From assembly GCA_012295275.1 (NCBI GenBank), contig CM022673.1, positions 11,532,001-11,596,000 on the forward strand: 64,000 bases of DNA, given 5' to 3'. Both the position numbers and the translations under genes were made by a program. Positions 56,566 to 64,000 of this stretch are shown here, in pieces. The notes below the pieces were generated by a model. That model was given only the letters and a program-made list of their open reading frames with translations. It was not told where the DNA came from and searched no databases. The first letter of the stretch is position 1. Each line of letters starts with the position of its first letter. The DNA is from Chrysomallon squamiferum. Its lineage: Eukaryota > Animalia > Mollusca.

Positions 56566-59500
56566 ATTAGTTGTAATGAGACAGTCTGTGTGAAATAATC
56601 TCACCAAAGTGGTCAGTGAACCATTTCTGAATGCTGAAAATCACTAGAGTTCATATTATGTTTTGAACCTTTTGAGTAAAAATACAAATACAAATTAGAG
56701 GGGTTGGTAAAGAGTCAAGGATAACATGATTGAATGGACAGCCAAATTTTTTTGGTGCTTGTTTGAATGTTGTATTTATATACAGATAGAATTCTAAGGT
56801 TTTTATTTTTATTTTTTTTGATAGATTTTGTTTTCCTTTCTTTTTAAAATTTTTGTGAATGTTATGACATGTTCAAGTAACAAAATCAAATTTTTATTAT
56901 CGATACAAATAAATTAGTTATTCTTATTCCCAAATTAAAGCATTATACCTAAAGATATAGTTTTCTTACATACCACAGTATATCAGTTAAAGTATAAATG
57001 TATATAAATAAGAGGAAATGAAGTTTTATGAAAAATACATCACAACCTTTAGAAGAATATTAATTATTTTTGACTAGTTAGTACATTCTGTATTTTAATC
57101 AATAAATGTTCTTTCTGCTGTATCATAACGTCAATGTTATTTAAATTGTAATAAAAACATAAATCAGATAAAATTGTAATAAAAACACAAATCAGATAAG
57201 ATTGTAAGCTAAACATTTAACAGAATAATAATAATTTTACTAGAATTTAGTTACTATTCTTTGTCTTGAAGATGTTCAACATTTATTGAATTTTAAGGTA
57301 TTTTTGATATAAATGGAGTATTACTCTTTCAAGCCGTGTGGTGTTCATTCACTCACCACATTGTTTACATGTTGAGTTGCCACACTTGTCTTTCATCAAT
57401 TTTCTATATATCTAATTTTAAAATGTTTTTGCCTAATTATTCACCGGAAAATCCAGAAATCCGGAATGGCTATGGCCCCAAGGAGTCCTGATAATTGGTC
57501 TGGTACCTGAGGTACTATATCACAGTTAGATTTTAAAACCACATGGAAACACCACACGCATCTGGTTATATTTCAGTAATTTGCAAATTGTAACATTACA
57601 GATATGCTGTATCCATGATCAACCAAAAGTTACTATAGTAACCAGAAAGCTCTATAGAGGGTGGGAATGAAAAGCCAGTGGACTAAAATATTCTGGTTTA
57701 TGAAAGACTTAAAATAAGAAAACATAACTGTCAGATATTTTTCAATTATACAATTCTGTCAGATTTGTTTTTGTTGCTTTTGTTGTGATATATTGTTTTT
57801 GTGGTTTTAAAAATTTTAATCAAGTTAAATCTAGAATATTGCCTTTCTGTTATGTGAATCCAATAATTAATTAAATATAAAAATGTTAGTTACTGTGCTG
57901 TAACCATAATCAAACAGACATTGCTACGGCAACCAGAAAAATACCCAGCCTATTGTATAATATACTAAATTAATCTGGTTTGGTCTGTGAAAGGCTAAAA
58001 ACAAGTTAAAATTACAAACTGCCATCCTGTTACGTGAATTGTTTGTTTTATGCAGATCAGAGAAAATGGCTTGACTGACAGTATTTTGTTGACCAACATT
58101 GTCTTTATAATGAAACTTGTTTTAAATAGTAAATTATGTTGCTTTCCTCTTTCTGGAATCATCTATATCATAAATTCATTGGAATTGTAATGATATTTAT
58201 TTTTAAAAATGGCGTAATGAAAAAAAAAATTGTTTTAAATTCTAAATATAAATTTGCTTATAAACATATGTAGTCCAATATAATTTTATTTGTGGTGTTG
58301 CTTTGTATATTTTTGATTTACATGTTTTGTAGATTTATATTGTTTGTTAATAATTTGATACTGATATTTGTATGTTTGCATATGCATAATATATATATTT
58401 TTATTTTTATTTTTTTATTTATTTTTTGTTTTGTTTTTTTAACTTCTGGTTTAACTCTCAAAAATCAAATATATATAATTTTTTAAATCAAAAATTATTA
58501 GCAGTATAATGTGTGTATATCTATCTATCTATCATTGTGTGTATGTGTGTGTAAAGTCCAGGGTTTTCATACTTAAATAATTTGTATCTTTATTAAATAC
58601 TTATAGAGAATCATGAATGAATTTAAAAACTGTCTTTATTTTGCTGTAGACTCTTTTCTTTAGAGTGTATGAACTAGATGATGTCTTCCATTTACAAAAA
58701 TTTATAATTTATAAAATGAAATTCTGCAAAAAGAAAATATTCTTAAAAGATCCTTTTGGTGCCAAATATCAGACAACTGATAATATTGAGGAATTTAAAA
58801 AATTATATACCGAAAAAATTTAAAAAAAGGTAAAAAAAATATTTAATCTTTCCATATTATCCTTTAAAAATAATCTAGCATTCTTCTATTTTGTACAAAA
58901 CATGCTGAGTGCATATTATAAAGATTTCATGTGTTGTAACAGCTATGGTAAATGATGCTGATGATGGTTAAAGATACTTAGTTATTAGAATCCAGAGTGT
59001 TGTTTTTTTGTTGTTGTTGTTGTTTTTATAATAATTATTATTATTATTTTCTTTTTATTTTAGATTTAGGTTAAAGTAATGAGTAAATCACTATGAAATC
59101 CTCAAACAAAAAATTAATTTTTTAGCTCAAGTAATAATTACTTTCTGTTGCAACTCCAGACTTTCTAGTATTGATATAATTTAAATTTTGTAGTCTGTTT
59201 TCACAAGTAATTCAACAGTCATCTATTTTATTAATAAAAATATGTATATTTGTCAACATTTAAACCAGAATTAGACTTATTCTTGACATCACAGATGAAG
59301 TATGTAATTTTTATTTTAAGTTATTTTTTTTTTTTTTTTTTATTAAAAACAAGTTAGATGTGACAGATTCATCAGCATGTGCATGTTGTGTTTAGTTCTG
59401 TGTTTGCTCCCCATCCCATCCCATCCACCCCAAGTCTTTCAAAAACATGTTTGTAAGTCTTGCCACTTTGTATATTTTTTTTCTTTCGGATTGTTCTTGT

Positions 59501-60539
59501 ATGTATAATCAATTCTCATGAATAAAAAATTGAAAATTTAAGATCTATTGTTTGTTATTATTATACTTCTAATTAATTTAACTCTATTTTATTGTGACAT
59601 GTTGAGAGATTACTGTTCTTTAGTATTAATTTGAAAACAAAAGACAATTCTTCTTCTTTTTTTTCAGTAGCATTTAAAATATGTTTTCAGATTTGTTAAT
59701 ATTGTCCCCAATTTGTTAATGAATTATTTTAAATGGACTCTGTTTATTCATGAAATGTTCTTATTAACCAGTTTGGAAACTGGATTTTCAGATCAAGTAT
59801 CATCAATAATAGCTGAGTAATGTCATCCAAAAACTTGCAGGATCAGTACTTCATGCTTTCATTGAGTTATCAAAGGCACTGATATCAACTTTGGTTACTA
59901 TGAGAAGGTGGATATAAAACATATCTTGCTACTAATTAACAAAACTAATTTATTAACTAGCTGCAACAGGTCTCCGGTTTTATCATAATAAAACTCTTAA
60001 CATTTAGGATATGTACTGAGGTTTCTTTAAACATTCATTTATTCAGATTCATTTGAGTTGTTTACAGCTTTTATTTTTATAATTTTAACTGATATTGGTA
60101 GAAAAAAAAAAAAAAAAAATAAATATGCCTACAAAAGAAATAAACATGCAAAATCGATCTATTTTTTTTTTCTGCATCAGTATAATAATGTATTGCTAAT
60201 AATTAAAATAATAATAAATTTTAAAATTTTCTTTCTTTTTGACTAATACAAATTAATACTGTACATCACAAAATGGAAATGTAATACACACATTTGTGTG
60301 TATATGTGTGCGTTTAACAATTTTAAAAAATAATAATAAAAAATTCGTAGTTTTCTGTTTTATCCTAAAAAAAAAAAAAAAAAAATTACCTGTTGAACAA
60401 CAGGTAATTTTTTTTTTTTCTTTTTTTTTTTTTTTAATAAATAATAGCTGTTTTACTTCTAATAATTTTTTTTTCTTTTTATTTATTATTTATAATAAAA
60501 CGATCAAAACATAGCCATCCACAGTAAAGATTCTAGCGT

Positions 60540-61760
60540 ATTAATGGCTGTGTTTTGATTGGCTAATTCTGATTGGTTAGCTACTGCAGTCGGGCTATCT
60601 ACTGAATGGATAGTTTTTGTGATGGACACAATAATTTTCTAAACAAATTATAAGTAAGCTAATTTTTTTGGAATTTTTAAATTATTATTTTTATTTATTT
60701 TAATCATGAAGGAAAATGTAAGGTTTATTTTTTTTTACTCTCTCTCACTTTCACTCTTTTTCTCTGTGTGTACTTTGACCTTTCTGTAAAAGTTTCACAG
60801 GCGGTAAAATGGCCAGTGTGTTAATCATAATGGTGGACACTATATAATACAAAACCAAAGCAGTGTTCTTTAACACAAGATAGGTGTGTCGCAAATGATA
60901 CTACCGCATCCCAAAATAATAATAATAATAATAATAATGTAATAGTAATATTAATTTTAAAAAATAAATAAATAAAAACGCAAAATATAAACAAGATAAA
61001 CAATCAGTGCTATTGTTTGATAAATAACGTTTGATTATATTTACTTTATGAATATTAACGTTCATTTTCATTTTTGGTCCTTACTGTTAGTGCAGCTCTC
61101 GTAGACCCTTGGGATCAGACGACCCTGAAAACATTGTTTACAGACGGCTCGTTTTAGTTATTTAATTGGAATAATATATATATATATATATATATTGCAC
61201 TCTGAGACGTGCGTAGCACAGACGAATAATTATATAGCATAAATATAACATTCTATCGTTATTAATAACTTAACAATTTGTTTATTTTAGGGACAGTAGT
61301 TTAATTTTAAAACTGAACATTTTATAAATAATTTTTTTTTTTATTTAACCACTCCTCGAAATTTGACATCAATATTTTAAGTTACTAGTTGAAAAGTATG
61401 TGAAATGAGAGGGAGGGTAAATGAAATGAAGATTTTCGAGAACTGCATGGCATTCCCTCAGAAAGCTGTGAAGCAAAATTTCTCAGTGAATGCATTTTTG
61501 TTTATGATGTACAGTTACTGTATTGATATTAACAGGATACAATGCTATAAATTATACTTCCGTGTTTGGAAGATTTTGTCATTATTTCTAACAATATGAC
61601 AATAAAAGAACACTGATGTAAAATATTTGACGCCGCCTATATCCTCTCACAAATGGATTGTAACTACTAACTGTATTTTTCTCACAACACTAGAAGAAAC
61701 TGAAGCAGATGAGTCTGCGATGACGTCACGACTATAGTTAAAATGGCGGCGTCCATATAA
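60540..61760. promoter_or_regulatory. Probable promoter region of a further gene
   Basis: CpG-rich relative to surroundings. Two inverted CCAAT boxes (GATTGG 60557-60562 and 60571-60576), CRE palindrome TGACGTCA 61721-61728, YY1-type AAAATGGCGGC 61740-61750. Confidence 0.5.
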
Positions 61761-61838
61761 AACTGATCTACTTTATGAATTATGAATGGATAGCACAACA
61801 AAACATAAAAAATGTTTAAAAAATTAAATAAAGAAATG

Positions 61839-61841
<3 letters not shown>

Positions 61842-61912
<71 letters not shown>
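61842..61912. repeat. (GA)n microsatellite
   Basis: Direct reading. Confidence 0.98.
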
Positions 61913-61915
<3 letters not shown>

Positions 61916-62315
61916 AACAATAAAAGATAACATGCCAGTATGCAGAATATGTTTAAATTATATCTTCGTATCCCACCCCCCCCCAAAAAGGTACATTTTA
62001 ATGCTGGATTTCTTCGTATTGCCGAAGGTACACGTTAAAGCTGGATTAGTCTATAAAGCCCTGGTACACTTAATATTTTCTGCCTGTGATATAAATATTT
62101 TGAAAATGGCCGTGTATACATTCGAAACGAATACGACCGGATTTAGCTATAAGCTAAAAACCTATTGCTTAGGGCAAGATTTCTCAAACTGTATTCCGCA
62201 CGAGTTGTTGTTGATTCCTTGCCCAATTTCACAGAAGAAAAAAAAAATTAAAAAACCACACACAGACACAAAAAACACTTTGATAAAAAATTTAATGTTT
62301 TCTTTTCATTTTCAG

Positions 62316-62409
62316 TGAGTATAGCTACACGTTTCTGCCGATATCGAGATGGATGCTGAGAAACCGTTTTCATTTCAGGAGCAGAGTAAGATACAAGTTT
62401 TTAAAAAGT
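62316..62409 (+). CDS. Putative exon of an unidentified downstream gene (ATG 62349: MDAEKPFSFQEQSKIQVFKK)
   Basis: Strong polypyrimidine acceptor (ttttcttttcattttcag) and gtaagt donor at 62410. No recognisable homology; a second frame is also open. Confidence 0.4.
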
Positions 62410-62559
62410 GTAAGTTCTTTTCCTTTTTTTTCTGGACAGCTCTGTAAACTTTTCACATTCAGAGTTTCTTGATTCGTGATAATTACCCATCCCATATTTC
62501 ATTTCCACATCATTATCTTTCTTAAAATAAACGTAAAATAAAGACGTAAACACACAAAC

Positions 62560-62561
<2 letters not shown>

Positions 62562-62625
<64 letters not shown>
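62562..62625. repeat. (GA)n microsatellite
   Basis: Direct reading. Confidence 0.98.
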
Positions 62626-62628
<3 letters not shown>

Positions 62629-63299
62629 AAAATCGAATGAATTTTCTAATGTTTTAGGATTTTAGATTCCGCAGTTTTTTCGCCCATTCTTATTGGATTT
62701 AATGAATACAAAAAGGCTTGTTGCCGATTGAGTTTGAAAGGTTCTCTATGAATTCATTTCTGTTACTATGACAGCATTTTTTGCATATTAACCATTGTCA
62801 AATAGGCCACTAAAGTTTTGGACTTAACCACATAAAAATTCGGTCTTGATAGTTACATACACACACGGACGCACGCACACATACATTATAGTAGCTTTAA
62901 TTACTGAATCGTGAATATAATAAAAATCGTATTTATCAAGGTGTCATGACTTGGTGATTAATAGGTGTTATGGATTAACAGTTCATGCTGCATATATTCA
63001 TGGTCAGGGTGTATGCACTTAATTATGTTACTATAGTGTGCACCACACAACATGAACACTGCTAACTATGATTTGTTAAAAGTATTTAGTCATGAATGGA
63101 ACCGTCTGAAGTGGATCCAACATTTTAGAGAATGGTAATATAATTTTCAAAGTGAAATGAATTTTACAGAAATAAATAAATAAGTAAATAAATAAATAAA
63201 TAAATAAATATAAAATATATTATATATTTGTATTTATAATCGGTCGTGGAATTTTTATTTTGTTTTGTATTTATTTTTTTTATTTCTTTCTTTCTCCCT

Positions 63300-63460
63300 T
63301 TTATTATTTTATTTTATTTTAATTTACTTTATTTATTTATTTATTTATTTATTTATTTTTTATTTATTTTATTTTATTTTATTTTATTTTATTTTACTTC
63401 ATTTTATTTTATTTTATTTTACTTTATTCTATTTTATTTTATTTTATTTTAATTTATATT
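63300..63460. repeat. (ATTT)n/(ATTTT)n simple repeat
   Basis: Direct reading; source of the poly-FILFY ORFs. Confidence 0.9.
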
Positions 63461-63967
63461 ATCATTATGTTGTTGGCGTTTTGGGGGCCTAGTCTTGTTA
63501 AAGTAAAGAACGCTTACTGAGACTGTGTTAAGAAAAAAATGAAATAGAATCTTGATTTAAACACCAGGAAACTGAAATATATTTCTAGCCTTCAGAATGG
63601 CGCAGACGTCCTAATGTTAGACTTCTATTATATTAATCTACTCTAGTGATGCATGTTTATTCTGTAAACTATTATGAGATAGATTATATATATAAGGTTA
63701 TGTTCAGTGTAACAAACTGCCGTTTAAAAATTTAAAAAAATTAAACGAAAGAAAGAAAAAAGATATATGTACGTTTATATAACCTATTCTATTTTATGTC
63801 AGTATTGTTGAATATCAACATGAGTAAAATCTAATTGTGGTGGGTGATATTTATTTTAGAAACAGTTCAACTTATTCTCTTTTTCAGGATACGCGATAAA
63901 ACTAGATTAGCCCTTAGACTATAAAGATTTTTCTTTTCTTTTAGTGTTATTATTATTATTATTTCAT

Positions 63968-63999
<32 letters not shown>

Positions 64000-64000
64000 T

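Noticed and set aside
63888-63925. Acceptor-like ttttcag as next exon of the downstream gene
   Set aside because: All three phases hit a stop within 12 codons.

Overview
AT-rich eukaryotic (animal) genomic DNA with GT-AG introns and many microsatellites. A decayed SINE-like repeat suggests a mollusc/gastropod host (low-confidence inference). Four genes can be read by hand. (1) The 5' end of an ARHGAP39/Vilse-like RhoGAP on the minus strand: start exon 41077-41087, first WW-domain exon 26333-26434, very long introns, the rest apparently left of the window. (2) GID8/Twa1 (+, 4 coding exons, 228 aa). (3) NUP35/Nup53 (-, 11 coding exons, 318 aa). (4) An intronless SMYD4-like TPR-SET-MYND methyltransferase (+, 53095-56565) with a long repetitive N-terminal extension and an apparent frameshift just before its C-terminal motif. 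The genes form two head-to-head pairs joined tail-to-tail. A probable fifth gene starts near 60.5-62.4 kb. The most notable observations are the retrogene-like SMYD4-like gene sharing the NUP35 promoter, its frameshifted tail, and several phase-compatible alternative first exons for ARHGAP39. No prokaryotic system, CRISPR array, rRNA, tRNA or intact transposon was seen. Most short ORFs in the track are low-complexity artefacts.
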